The notes beneath the pieces were generated by a model, which searched no databases, was not told the origin of the DNA, and saw only the letters and a program-made list of their open reading frames with translations. Source: Squalus acanthias (Eukaryota). Taken from it: a stretch of 64,000 nucleotides of DNA. Shown here one piece after another: positions 36,355-49,654 of the stretch (the first letter of the stretch is position 1; each line of letters begins with the position of its first letter). Position numbers and translations under genes: made by a program. Location: positions 1 to 64,000 of the forward strand of contig JASTWF010000334.1 of assembly GCA_030390025.1 (NCBI GenBank). The letters run 5' to 3'.

Positions 36355-39163
36355 AACATAGGGACAGGAGGGTGTGACTGTGACTCAGACAGGTAAGGGG
36401 ACCCCAGGTGCAGTGCTGGAGGAGCCTCGGCCTTTGCCCTTAGCCAACAGGTACGAGGTTCTTACTGCCTGTGTGGATGAGGGCAAAGTCTGCAAGGTGG
36501 ACAAGCCAACTGACAATGGTATTGTGGTACAGGAGGCCATTCAAATGGGGGTGGGATGAAAAGGAATGTGCTAGTGCTAGGGGACAGTATAGTCAGGGGG
36601 ATAGATACTGTTCTCTGCAGCCGCGACTGGGAGTTCCGAAGGGACAGAGAGCTTAACAATGGTAATAGGACATTAGTGGCTAAGGTGAAATCAGGAAAAA
36701 ATAGAAAAAAGTTAAAGCTAAAGGCATTATATCTGAATGCACGAAACATTCACAACAAAATAGATCAATTAACAGCACAAATAGAAATAAATTGGTTTGA
36801 TTTAATAGCCATTACGGAGACATGGTTGCAGAGTGACCGAGGTTGGGAACTAAATATTCAAGGATCGTTGACTTTTACAAGAGATAGGCAGAATGGAAAA
36901 GGAGAGGGAGTAGCCTTGATAATAAAGGATTGGATAAACACAGTAGAGAGAAAGGATCTTTGCTCAGAAAAACAAGATGTAGAATCACTTTGGGTGGAGC
37001 TAAGAAACAAGAGGTAGAAAACACTGGAGGGAATAGTTTACAGGCCCCCCAACAGTAGTTGCAGTGTCGGGCACAGTATAAATCAGGAAATTACACGTGC
37101 ATGTAACAAGGGTAATGTGGTAATCATGGGGGACATTCATTTTTATATAGACTAGGCAAACCAAATTTGCAGTAATAATTCAGAGGACGAGTTCATGGAA
37201 TGCATTCAAGATAGTTTTCTAGATCAGTATGTCGAGGAACCAATTAGGGAACAGGTTATTTTAGATCAAGTATTGTGCAATGAGGCAGGCTTAATTAATA
37301 ACCTTGTAGTAAAGGAGCCTCTGGGGTGTGGTGATCATAATATGATAGAAATTTATATTGAGTTTGAGAGTGATTTAGTTAAGTCTGAAACTAGGGTCTT
37401 AAATTCGAACAAAGCAAACTACATAGGCATGAGAGGCAAGTTGGCTAAGGAAAATTGGAAAACTAGATTAAAAGATATGACAATAGATAAGCAATGATAA
37501 ACATTTAAAGAAATAATTCATAATTCACAATGAATATACATTCTCTGAAGGAATAAAAATCTCATGGGATAATAGAATGAGATTAAACTAGGAAGAGACA
37601 TAAAAACAGACTGTAAAAGCTTCTATAGGTATATAAAAAGGAAGAGATTAGCGAAAGTAAACATGGGTCCCTTGTAGGCAGAGATGGGAGAAATTATAAT
37701 GGGGAATAAGGAAATGGCAGAGATATTAAACAAATACGTTGTATCTGTTTTCACGGAAGAAGACACAAAAAACATTCCGGAAATAGTGGGCAACCAAGGG
37801 TCTAGTGAGAATGAGGAACTTAAAGGAATTAGTATTAGTAAAGAAATAGTACTGCAGAAATTAATGTGACTAAAAGCCTACAAATCACCTGGACCTGATG
37901 GCGTACATACAAGGGTTTTAAGAGAGTTGGCAGAAATAGTGGATGCATTAGTGTTGATCTTCCAGAATTCGCTAGATTCTAGAATGGTCCCAGCGGATTG
38001 GAAGGTAGCAAATGTAACCCTGCTATTTAAGAAAGGAGGGAGAGAGAAAACGGGGAGCTATAGACCAGTTAGCCTGACATCAGTAGTAGGGAAAATGCTA
38101 GGATCTATTATTCGGGACGTGGTAACAGGGCACTTAGAAAATGATAATATGATTGGGCAGAGTTAACATGGAGAATAAGAGTGGGGGAAATATTGAGTTG
38201 CTTTGCGCCTCCCGTTAGCGCCTCCTCTTGAGTGCCGGGCTCTTTTCCCGGTACCCCGCTCCCCAGTAGTCCAGCAGGGTCCTGGTGCACGCCGCGTTAG
38301 GCCCCTCCTGTCTAATCAGGGGAGGGAGGCCTGCAATACCGCGGCTCCATGTGCCGACGCGCTTGGTGCTGTTGCACGTATCGCCGCGATACTGAATGGT
38401 GGCGCCCCAGGAGGGATGGAAGCACTTCCAGTAGTGCCCTGCCTCCTGCTTGGGGTGCTACCACTCAATTTATGGCGCGGGGACGCTAACTTTTTCAAGG
38501 TGCTAAAAGTAGCGTCCCAGCGAAGTTAGCGCCCCAAAGGAGGCGTGACCGAATTTTTCCCCCAAGAAGTCTTGCTGCAATTATATTCGGTCTTGGTGAG
38601 ACCACACCTGGAGTATTGTGTACAGTCTTGGTCTCCTTACCTAAGGAAGGATGTACTTGCATTTGAGGGAGTGCAACGAAGGATCACCAGACTGATTTCT
38701 GGGATGGGCGTATTGTCCTATGAGGAGAGAGTGAGGAGACTCGGCCTATATTCCCCAGAATTTAGAAAAATGAGAGGTAATCTCATTGAAACATATAAAA
38801 TTCTTACAGGGCTGATAGGGTAGATGCTGGGAGGATGTTTCCCCTGGCTGGGGAGTCTAGAACCAGGGGTCACTGTCTCAGAATAAGGGGACGGTCATTT
38901 AGGATTGAGATGAGGGGAAATTTCTTCACTCAAAGGGTGGTGAATCTTTAGAATTCTCTACCTCAGAGGGCTGTGGATGCTCAGTCATTGAGAATATTCA
39001 AGACAGAGGTCGATATATTTTTGGATATTAAGGGAATCAAGGGGTATGGGGATAGTGCAGGAAAGTGGAGTTAAGGTAGACAATCAGCCATGATCTTATT
39101 GAATGGCGGAGCAGGCTCGAAGGGCCAAATGGCCTTCTGCTGCTCCTATTTCTTATGTTCTTA
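36355..39163 (+). mobile_element. Degraded CR1 with internal deletions and a MITE insertion
   Basis: GDSIVRG, YLNARNI..TETW and YRPVSLTSVVGK motifs; 3' UTR ending CCTATTTCTTATGTTCTTAT. Confidence 0.93.
38183..38563. mobile_element. GC-rich Harbinger MITE
   Basis: Termini GGGGGAAATATT / AATTTTTCCCCC; homologous to 54526-55264. TSD is not evident. Confidence 0.85.
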
Positions 39164-39318
39164 TCATCGGCATTCACGGCCAGTTTGCTGCCCGCAGATA
39201 CATCAAACAGGTAACTGGCACTTTCATTTCTGGCTCCCATGTTAGCTGGTTTTATTAACGGGTCTCTGTCCTCAGGTACTGTCTCCCTCTCCTTCAAATC
39301 TGCCGTTATAAGAACTAA

Positions 39319-41912
39319 AGATGCTCCGCCATTCAATAAGATCATGGCTGATCATCAACCTCAACTCCACTTTCCCGCCCTGTCCCCATATCCCTTGATT
39401 CCCCTAGAGTCCAAAAATCCATCTATCTCAGCCTTGAATATACTCAAAGACTCAGCATCCATAGCCCTCGGGGGCAGAGAATTCCAAAGATTCACAACCC
39501 TCTGAGTGAAGAAATTCCTCTTCATCTCGGTCTTAAATGGCCTACCCCTTATCCTGAGACTATGCCCCCTAGATCGAGAATCTCTAGCCAGGGGAAACAA
39601 CCTCTCAGCATCTAACCTGTCAATCCCCTTCAGAATCTTATATGTTTCAATGAGATCACCTCTCATTCTTCTAAACTCCAGAGAGTATAGGCCCATTCTA
39701 CACAATCTCTCATCCTAGGACAGCCCTCTCATCCCAGGTATCAATCTAGTGAACCTTCGTTGCACCACCTCCAAGGCAAGTATATCCTTCCTTAGATAAG
39801 AAGACCAAAACTGTGCACAGCACTCCAGGTGTGGTCTCACCAAGGCCCTGTACAATTGTAGCAAAACTTCCTTACTCTTATACTCCAACCCCCTTGCAAT
39901 AAAGGCCAACATGCCATTTGCCTTCCTTATTGCTTGCTGTACCTGCATGCTAGCTTTCTGTGTTTCTTGCACGGGGACACACAAATCTCTCTGAACACCA
40001 ACATTTAAAAGCTTCTTACCATTTAAAAAATATTCCGTTTTTCTATTCTTCCTACCAAAGTGAATAACCTCACATTTCCCTACATTATACTCCATCTGCC
40101 ACCTTACTGCCCATTCACTTAGTCTATCTATATCCCTTTGCAGGCTCGTTGTATTCTCCTCACAGCTTACTGTCCCACCTAGCTTTGTATCATCAGCAAA
40201 CTTGGATACATTACACTTGGTTCCTTCATCTAGGTCACTAATATAGATTGTAAATAGCTGAGGTGCGAGCACTGATCCTTGCAGCACCCCACTAGTTACA
40301 GCCTGCCAACCTGAAAAAGACCCGTTTATCCCTACTCTCTGTTTTCTGTCCATTAACCAATCCTCTATCCATGCTACTATATTGCCCCCAACCCCATGAA
40401 CCCTGATCTTGTGTAATAACCTTTTATGTGGCACCTTATCGAATGCCTTTTGGAAATCCAAATATATGGCATCCACTGGTTCCCTTTTATCTACCCTGCT
40501 AGTTACATCCTCAAAAAACTCTAATAAATTTGTCAAACACGATTTCCCTTTCATGAAACCATGTTGACTCTGCCTAATCGGGTTATGATTTTCTAAGTAC
40601 CTCTTCCCTAACAATGGATTCCAGCATTTTCTCGATGACTGATGTCAGGCTAACTGGCTTGTAGTTCCCTGTTTACTCTCTCCCTCCTTTCTTCAATAGC
40701 AGTGTTACATTTGCTACCTTCCAATCCGCTGGGCCCGTTCTAGAATCTAGGGAATTTTGGAAGATCAAAACCAATGCATCCACTATCTCTTCAGCCACCA
40801 CTTTTAGAACCCTAGGATGTAGGCCGTCAGGTCCAGGGGATTTGTTGGCTTTTAGTCCCATTAGTTTCTCTAGTACTTTTTCTCTACTTATATTAATTAT
40901 GCTAAGTTCGTCACCCTCATTCGACCCTTGGTTCCCCACCATTTTTGGTATGCTTTTTGTGTCTTCGACTGTGAAGACAGATACACAATATTTGTTCAAC
41001 GTTTCTGCCATTTCCTTATTCCCCATAATCATTTCTCCTGTCTCAGCGTCTAAGGGACCAACGTTTACTTTGGCTACTCTCTTCCTTTTTACATAGTGTA
41101 GAAGCTCTTACAATCTGTTTTTATACTTCTTGCTAGTTTTCTCTCATATTCTATTTTTTCCCTTTTAATCAATTTTTTGGTCATCCTTTCCTGGTTCCTG
41201 AAACTCGCCCAATCCTCAGGCTTACTATTATTCTTTGTAATATTATAAGCTTCTTCTTTCAATCTAATGCTATCCTTAAATTCTTTAGTTAGCCACAGAT
41301 GGATCACTTTTCCTATGGAGTTTTTGTTTCACAATGGAATGTATTTTTTTTGAGAATGATGAAATATTTCTTTAAATGCTAGCCACTGCTTATCTACCGC
41401 CATACCTTTTAATCTATTTTTCCAAGCTACCTCAGCCAACTCGCCACTTATATCTATGTCATTGGATTTATTTTAGTTTAAGACTCTAGTTTCGGAGTTA
41501 GGCAAGTCACTCTCAAACTTAATGTGAAATTCTATCATATTATGATCACTCTGCCCCAGAGGATCCTTCACTATAAGATTGCTAATTAACCCTGTCTCAT
41601 TACACAATACAAGATCTAAAATAGCCTGTTCCCTGGTTGGTTCCATGACATACTGTTCTAGGAAACTGACCTGAATGAATTCCATTAATTCGTCCTCCAG
41701 ACTACCTTTATCAATTTGATTTGTCCAGTCTATATGAAGATTAAAGTCCCCCACGATTATTGCATTACCTTTGTTGCAAGCTCCTACTATTTCTTGATTA
41801 ATATTCTGTCCAACGGTATAGCTACTGTTAGGGGGCCTATGTACTACTCCCACCAGTGTTTTCTGCCCCTTGTTATTCCTTATCTCCACCCATACTGATT
41901 CTACTTCCTGAT
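39319..41912 (-). mobile_element. 5'-truncated CR1 inserted into an L2
   Basis: EN, RT and 3' region motifs. The L2 sequence AAATCTGCCGTTAT (39297-39309) resumes at CATCCCCTCTCCTCAAAAAA (41913). Confidence 0.95.
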
Positions 41913-43646
41913 CATCCCCTCTCCTCAAAAAAACAACCATTGACCCTCCAGCCTTGCAAACTACCACTCCATCATCAACCTCCCATTCCTCTCCAAAGTC
42001 TTTGATCATGTTGTGACCTCCCAAATCCATGCCCATCTTTCCCAGAACTCCATTTTTGAATCTCTCCAATCAGGTTTCCACCCTTGCCACAGTACCAAAA
42101 CGGCTCTGATCAAAGTCACAAATGACATCCTATGTGACTGTGACAAAAGTAAATGATCCCACTTCGTCCTGCTTGGCCTGTCTGCAGCCTTTGACGTGGT
42201 TGACCACTCCATCCTTCTCCAACACCTCTCCACCGTCGTCCAGCTGGGTGGGACTGCACTCGTCTGGTTCCATTCTTATCTATCTAATTGTAGCCAAAGA
42301 ATCACCTGCAATGGCTTCTCTTCCCACTCCCGCATCGTTACCTCTGGTGTCCCCCCAAGGTACTATCCTTGGCCCCCTCCTATATCTGATCTACATGTTG
42401 CCCCCGGCAACATGATCTGAAAGCACAGCGTCAGTTTCCACATGTACGCTGACGACACCCAGCTCTACCTCACCACTACTTCTTTCGACCCCATCCACTG
42501 TCTCCACTGCTTGTCTGACTTCCAGTACTAGATGAGCAGAAATTACCTCCAATTAAATATTGGGAAGACAGAAGCCATTGTCTTCGGTCCCCGCAAAAAC
42601 TCCGCCCCCGAGCCACCAACTCCGTCCAGCTCCCTAGCATCTGTCTGAGGCTGAGCCTTTGGTATTAGCTGTGGCTCAGTGTGTAGCACTCTCGCCTCTG
42701 AGTTAGAAGGTTGTGAGTTTATTCCCACTCCAGACACTTAAGCACAAAAATCTAGACTGACTCTCCAGAGCAGTACTGAGGGAGTGCTGCACTGTCGGAA
42801 GTGCCGTCTCTCAGATGAGATGTTAAACTGAGGCCCGGTCTGCTGTCTCAGGTGGATGTAAAAGATTCCACGGCACTATTTCAAAGAAGAGCAGGGGAAT
42901 TATCCCCAGTGTCCTGGCCAATATTTATTCCTCAATCAACATCACTAAAAACAGATTATCTGGTCATTATCACATTGCTGTTTGAGGGAGCTTGCTGTGC
43001 GCAAACTGGTCTGTGTTTCCAACATTACAACAGTGATTACACTTCAAAAAGTACTTCATTCACTGTGAAGCGTCTTGGGACGTCTAGTGGTCATGAAATG
43101 TGTTACATAAATGCAAATCTTTCTTTCTTTCTTTGAACCAGACTGTGCCCGTTCTCGCACCAAGTCCCGTTCAACCATCACTCCTGTGCTTGCTGACCTA
43201 CTTTGGCTCCCGGTTAAGCAACACCTCGATTGTAAAATTCTCATCCTTTTTATCAAATCCCTCCATGGCCTCACTTCTCCCTATCTCTGTAATCTCCTCC
43301 AGCCCCACAACCCCCCAATCCCAAACCCCCAAGATATCTGCGCTCCTATAATTCTGGCCTCTTGAGCATCCCTGATTTTAATCGCTCAACCATTGGTTGC
43401 CGCACCTTCAGCTGCCTAGGCCCTAAGCTCTGGAATTCCCTCCCTAAACCTCTCCACCTCTCTATCTCTCTTTCCTCCTTTAAGACGCTCCTTAAAACCT
43501 ACCTCATTGACCAAGGATCATCCCTAATTTCTCCTTATGTGAATCGGTGTCAAAGTTTGTGTTATAACACTCCTGTGAAGCACCTAGTGATGTTTTATTA
43601 CATTAAAGGCACTATATAAATACACGTTGTTGTTGTTGTTGTTGTT
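41913..43646 (+). mobile_element. L2 LINE RT and 3' end with (GTT)n tail, interrupted by a DeuSINE
   Basis: Motifs LSAAFDVVDHSILL, PQGTILGP, YADD and LLWLPVKQ. Confidence 0.9.
42660..43133 (+). mobile_element. tRNA-headed DeuSINE (SacSINE1-like), second copy
   Basis: Collinear with 35221-35680; TCTT tail. Confidence 0.88.
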
Positions 43647-43689
43647 ATCGTTCAGCAGGGCTTACACTTCCATCTTCTTTCATACTGAG

Positions 43690-44258
43690 AGGCTCCAGGA
43701 CTCGTCAGTTCCTTGATCCAGGCATGGACACAAGAGCCGAGTGCCAGAGGAGAGGTGAGAGGAGCTGCTCTCAACATAGAGGCAGCACTCGACCGAGTGT
43801 GGCACCAAGGAGCCCGAGCAAAACTGAGGTCAATGGGGATCAAAGTAAAAACCCTCCAGTGACTGGAGTCACACCTAACCCAAAGGAAGGTGGTCGTGGT
43901 TGTCAAAGGTCAATCATCGCAGACCTAGGACATCAGTACAGGACTTCCTCAAGGAAGCATCATTGGCCCAACTACCTTCAGCTGTTTCATGAATGACCTT
44001 CCCTCCACCATAAGGGCAGGACTGGGGCTGTTCACTGATGATTCCACAGCATTCAGCTCCATTCATAACTCCTCTGATAAAGAAGCAGCCCATACCAGCC
44101 TACACAGGGACCTGGATTAAATCCAGCCTTGGGCTGACAAGTGGCAGGTAACATTTCCACCACATCAATGGCAGGTAATGACCATCTCCAACAAGAAGAG
44201 GCCAACCAAATCCCCCCGACTTTCAATGGCACCATCACTGTTGAGTCTCCACCACCTG
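43690..44258 (+). mobile_element. Old CR1/L2-group LINE RT fragment
   Basis: PQGSIIGPTTFSCFMNDLP..LFTDD and WADKWQVTF. Confidence 0.75.
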
Positions 44259-44259
44259 A

Positions 44260-44915
44260 GAGGAGCCGGCAGCAGCGAGGAGGCATAACTACAGCGGGAG
44301 GCCGAGGACAGCGCGGACCTGCGAGGAGCCGGCAGCAGCGAGGAGGCATAACTACAGCAGGAGGCCGAGGACAGCACGGACCTGCGAGGAGCCGGCAGCA
44401 GCGAGGAGGCATAACTACAGCGGGAGGCCGAGGACAGCGCGGACCTGCGAGGAGCCGGCAGCAGCGAGGAGGCATAACTACAGCGGGAGGCCGAGGACAG
44501 CGCGGACCTGCGAGGAGCCGGCAGCAGCGAGGAGGCATAACTACAGCGGGAGGCCGAGGACAGCGCGGACCTGCGAGGAGCCGGCAGCAGCGAGGAGGCA
44601 TAACGACAGCGGGAGGCCGAGGACAGCGCGGACCTGCGAGGAGCCGGCAGCAGCGAGGAGGCATAACTACAGCGGGAGGCCGAGGACAGCGCGGACCTGC
44701 GAGGAGCCGGCAGCAGCGAGGAGGCATAACTACAGCAGGAGGCCGAGGACAGCGCGGACCTGCGAGGAGCCGGCAGCAGCGAGGAGGCATAACTACAGCG
44801 GGAGGCCGAGGACAGCGCGGACCTGCGAGGAGCCGGCAGCAGCGAGGAGGCATAACTACAGCGGGAGGCCGAGGACAGCGCGGACCTGCGAGGAGCCGGC
44901 AGCAGCGAGGAGGCA
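44260..44915 (+). repeat. 63-bp CpG-rich tandem array (10 full units plus a partial one) at the 5' end of a CR1
   Basis: Unit GAGGAGCCGGCAGCAGCGAGGAGGCATAACTACAGCGGGAGGCCGAGGACAGCGCGGACCTGC; very few substitutions. Confidence 0.97.
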
Positions 44916-47355
44916 GATACAAATCCGTCGAATTCCAAAAGAACAGCAAAATCAAGGAGTGACGTCACAGGACTGCAGGAAAGGGTCCGAGAGCGGGAGC
45001 AGTCAAACAACAACAACTGCAAAACCGCTAAAGTGACGTCACAACCAGGGAAGGAGCTGATTGGTAAGTAGGACCTGGTCAGTATTTCTACAGTCCAGTC
45101 GTTAAAATAAAAGTAAGGTCTCTAGTTTAGAGTAAGTAGTGTTTAAAGGGAAGTAAGGTCCCTAGTGTATTTAATAGTCTTTAATTTAAAGGAAGTAAAG
45201 GGAGTAAATTAAGGGTAGGACATGGCACGGCAGCTCGGCAGCGTGGAATGCTCCTCCTGTGCTATGTGGGAAGTCAGGGACACTTTTGGTGTCCAGAGCT
45301 AACACATGTGCAGGAAATGGCTCCAGCTACTCGAAATCCGCGTTTCGGAGCTGGAGCTGCAGCTGGAGTCACTGTGGAGCATCCACGAAGCTGAGATCTT
45401 CATGGATAGCAAGTTTAACGAGGTGGTCACACCGCAGGTAAAGGGAGCACAGGCAGACAGGGAATGGGTGACCGCCAGACAGAGTAAAAGAACTAGGAAG
45501 GTAGTGCAGGAGTGACCTGGGTCCATCTCCCTCTCCAACAGATTTTCCGTTTTGGATACTGCTGGGAGAGATGGTTTCTCAGGGAAATGCAACAAGAGCC
45601 AAGTCAGTGGCACTACGAGTGGCTCAGCTGCACAGGAGGGGAGGAAAAAGAGTGGGAGAGCAATAGTGATAGGGGATTCTATCGTAAGGGGAACATATAG
45701 ACATTTCTGTGGTCGCAGACGTGACTCCAGGATGGTATGTTGCCTCCATGGTGCCAGGGTCAAGGATGTCACTGAACGGCTGCAGGGCATTCTGAAGGGG
45801 GAGGGCGAACAGTCAGAGGTCGTGGTTCACATTGGTACCAATGACATGGGTAGAAAGAGGGATGAGGTCCTGCAACAAGAATTTAGGGAGCTAGGTAGCA
45901 GATTAAAAAGCAGGACCTCAAAGGTTGAAATCTCTGGATTACTCCCAGTGCCACGTGCCAGTGAGTATAGGAATAGGAGGATAGAGCAGATGAATTCTTG
46001 GCTAAAGAGTTGGTGCAGGAGGGAGGGCTTTAGTTTCCTGGATCACTGGGTCTGCTTCTGGGGAAGGTGGGACCTGTAGAAGCCGGACGGGTTGCACCTG
46101 AACCGGAACGGGACCAACATCCTTGTGGGGAGGTTTGCTAGTACTGTTGGGGGGGTTTAAACTAACTTGGCAGGGGGATGGGATACGGAGTGGAGCTATA
46201 GTAGGAGGTGATGCACAGCCAAATATAGAGGAAAAAACAAGTCAGCCTGGAAGGCAGAGCAAATATGTAACGGCACAAGGGAGTATGGCAAGTCTGGATG
46301 GCATTTATTTTAATGCAAGGAGTCTTGCGAGTAAGGCAAATGAATTGAAGGTGTTGATGAACACATGGGAGTATGATATTGTTGCTGTCACAGAGACATG
46401 GTTGAGGGAGGGGCAGGACTGGCTGCTCAATATTCCGGGGTATAGAATCTTCAGGCGAGACAGAGGGGGGTGTAAAAGAGGAGGGGGTGTCGCAATATTA
46501 ATCAAGGAGTCAATTACTGCTGGAAGGAGGGATGATATCTTAGCAGGTTCCTCTAATGAGGCCATGTGGGTAGAACTTAAAAACAAAAAGGGGGCAAGCA
46601 CTTTGCTGGGAGTGTACTATAGGCCCCCAAACAGTCAGGGGGAGATAGAGGAACAGATATGTAAGCAAATCTCAGAGAAGTGTAGAAATAATAGGGTAAT
46701 AATAGTAGGGGATTTCAACTTCCCCAATATTAACTGGGATAGTCAGAGTGTGAAAGGCTTAGAGGGTGCAGAATTCTTAAAGTGGAGCCAGGAGAGCTTT
46801 TTGAGCCAGCATGTAGCAAGTCCTACAAGAGAGGGGCCGGTACTGGACCTAATTCTGGGGAATGTAGCTGGGCAAGTGGTAGAAGTGTCAGTGGGAGAGC
46901 ATTTTGGTGACAGTGACCATAATTCGGGGAGATTTAAGTTAGTCATGGAAAAGGACAAAGATGGACCGGAAATAAAGGTTCTAAATTGGGGGAAGGCCGA
47001 TTTTAATATGATAAGGCAGTATCTGGCCAAAGTGGACTGGGATCAGCTACTTGTAGGAAAATCCACATCAGAGCAGCGGGAATCTTTGAGAAAGGAAATA
47101 GAGAGAGTACAACGCCAACATGTTCCCGTAAAGGTCAAGGGTGGGACCAACAAGCCCAGGGAACCCTGGATGTCAAGGGATATACAAGAATGCATTAGGA
47201 AAAAAAGGGAGGCTTTTGGCAGATACAAAAGACTAAAAACAGTGGAAGCCCTAGAGGAGTATAGAAAGTGCAGGGGGGTACTTAAAAAAGAAATTAGGAG
47301 AGCGAAGAGGGGGCATGAAAAAACACTGGCGGGCAAAATAAAGGAAAATCCCAAG
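44916..47355 (+). mobile_element. 5' half of a young CR1: 5' UTR, ORF1 (CxxC finger/zipper, esterase) and ORF2 endonuclease; RT missing
   Basis: ORF1 MARQLGSVECSSCAMWE..IRVSELELQL..GDSIVRG..HIGTND. ORF2 YFNARSL..TETW..YRPP..GDFN..SDHN. Confidence 0.95.
44959..45065 (+). promoter_or_regulatory. Two perfect CRE palindromes (GTGACGTCAC) and an inverted CCAAT box in the CR1 5' UTR
   Basis: GTGACGTCAC at 44959-44968 and 45033-45042; CTGATTGG at ~45057-45064. Confidence 0.5.
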
Positions 47356-49069
47356 ATTGCAGATGGCCTTGTAGAGCGACCTGAAGCACTCTTGGCGTAG
47401 AAGGGCAGGCTGCAGACTGCAGCATCTTGGCCTGGGCTGCAGCTGTCTGAGTTGGCTGGCTGGTTAACTACTTGATAATCATCTCAATTGGGTCCCCCGC
47501 CGCTGCCGGTCGGGTCGGCTCCGCGATGACAGACACGCCTGACGGAAAGGCGCGTGGGAGCGAGATGACAGCAGGTTCTTGACCCGCTGTCAAAAATAAC
47601 AACTTTCCCACCTGACCCGCCACCGATCGCACCCGCTACCACTCCGGAAAATTCTGGCTTTTGTCTCTCTCTCTGTCTCTCTGTCTGTCTCTCTCTGTCT
47701 CACTTTATCTGTCTTTGTCCCCATCGAAATGTTGACCAGGAAGTTAACGAAGGAATCATGGGGAAAATGATCCATGATTAGGGAGGTACCGTTATGTCTC
47801 ACCATTCACTGCAACTCACTAACCCACTTCCAAAGGTGCACACAAATCTGTCCAAGAACACAAAGTGTTGAAAATAAAGGTTTCAGTGTTTGACAACACA
47901 TTAACAGAAACTTTACATGAACATTGGATAAAACATTCAAGTGGCTACCCTTGTGTGTTGTTAGTTGGTATGATTGGACTAGGATGAAGGTGAGTGTGAG
48001 GGGTGGCTAGTGAGATGGGGAAGTGATAATGTAGATAGAGAGGGATGGATGGAGGTGCAAGGTAAGTTGGTGTGAGTAAGGGTGTGCAGGAGTAGGGTAG
48101 GGAAGGCAGAGTGATGGGGATGTAATGATTGGCACAGCTCTGCCTGTTTGTCTTTGGCAAGAGCGAATGAGATGAGAGAGAGCCTCAGTGACTTCCCTTA
48201 TGCAGCAGTGAGATGTTGCTTATATCTCCAGCAGCAGGCTGGAAGGAGCCAGATGTATACATGTTCAGTACCTTCACAGCCACAGGCAATGCGATCCTTG
48301 CCCTGCTCTGAGGTTGGAGATGAAGCTGCAGCAGATTGCAGATTTCAGTGATGACTTCTTTAGTGAAGTGCTGACGTCTCAAGCATTGGTCGCCGCTGAA
48401 GTTCAGGTAAGAGAATTGCTCCCGAAACACCCTCTGCGGATATGGCCTGCTGCTGAGAGCCCTTCTCCCCCTCCTCCTCCCTCTTCCAGCAGCTTGTCAT
48501 GCTCTGTGTGGCCCCTGCTCATTCTCCCAGTTATGCTCAATGCCAAGCAGGAGACCTATTGGGCCACCCATGTCTGGAAGCAACTGGTTTGTGCACAAGC
48601 CTTTAAGTCACTAAGAAAGTACTTCAGCACCAGCCAGACCCCTCCCTATAGAATACTGAAACTATAAACAAGAATGGAAAAGTATCCAAAACAAGTAGAA
48701 TTGCACCTATAGCCAGAAGAAATAACCCACAACTAACCTGCAAGTAGTCGATAAACTCTTTAAATAGCGCTCGTTGTGGGTGGGGGGATGGCGGGGGATT
48801 GGGGGGTGTCGTTCATTCCAGTTAACATTGTGTCCAGCTGTGCAAAGTTAAGGAAGGGCATAGGCTGGAGCATGGAGCTCCAAAATGGCAGCACTGGCGT
48901 CATAATCTATCTTCTCCACATGCTGTCTGCGGTCGTTAGTTACGCACGCACTAACCCCTTTACGAAGGTGTCGGAAGTAAGTGCAGGCATCGCGGACGCC
49001 ATTTTTGTAGTTTAACAGGCCTCGTCACACCCAAAAAAAGGGCACTACAGAGCCCAATTTCAAGCCCCC
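47356..49069 (-). mobile_element. Mosaic of Harbinger remnants including the 5' part of a HARBI1-like transposase
   Basis: YPQRVFREQFSYLNFSGDQCLRR..LPVAVKV..SGSFQ (48230-48445). 47780-48140 matches 12820-13175. Terminus AATTTCAAGCCCC at ~49068. Confidence 0.75.
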
Positions 49070-49548
49070 ATGCTTCCACATCTACTGCAATGTCCTTGTC
49101 TACTCTTCCTGTTACTTCTTCAATTTCTACTTTCTGCCAATCCCACGAATGCGCAGCAGTTCATACACGAGAGAAGATTAAAGCCTGAAGTTACCATTGG
49201 TGAAATTAGTGGGCCAATCGGTTAACACGTTCCTCACCCCACAATATTAACACAGGAGGTAACCCATTTATTTTAACTGGGTCAAGACCTCCATCACAGC
49301 AGTGAATGGTGGAGTGTGATAGGAACAGGTCCAGTGTCTGTCCCGCTGATATCACCAACAGTTATTTCAGCTATTAAGTGTGAAGGGTTCATTGTGGGAG
49401 CAGGTGGATAGTGTTGGGCAAATCTCGTGGAGAGTCGAGTGGACAGACTCTGAGCTGGGTTGAGCCGCTCTGCAGTGGGTGAGTTTGTTTTGGGAAAGAC
49501 CTTGATTCCCACTGACAAGTAGACAGACTAAGACTGATCTTTATCTGT

Positions 49549-49654
49549 AGCAAAATACTGCATGACGGGTCCTCGACCCAAAACGTTAACTCTGTTTCTC
49601 ACTCCTCGATGCTGCCTGACCTGCTGAGAGTTTCCAGCATTTTCTGTTGTTGTT
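49549..49654 (+). mobile_element. Short Penelope-terminus-derived insertion with a degenerate hammerhead
   Basis: Perfect 16-bp TSD ACTGATCTTTATCTGT (49533-49548, 49655-49670). Contains CTGCATGAC-GGGTC-CTC-GACCC-AAAA-CGTT and a (TGT)n tail. Confidence 0.8.

Noticed and set aside
44053..45022. 273-300-aa repetitive ORFs on both strands, and a CRISPR-like appearance
   Set aside because: A 63-bp head-to-tail repeat with no unique spacers, in a eukaryotic context. Open frames follow from the period being a multiple of 3 and from GC richness.
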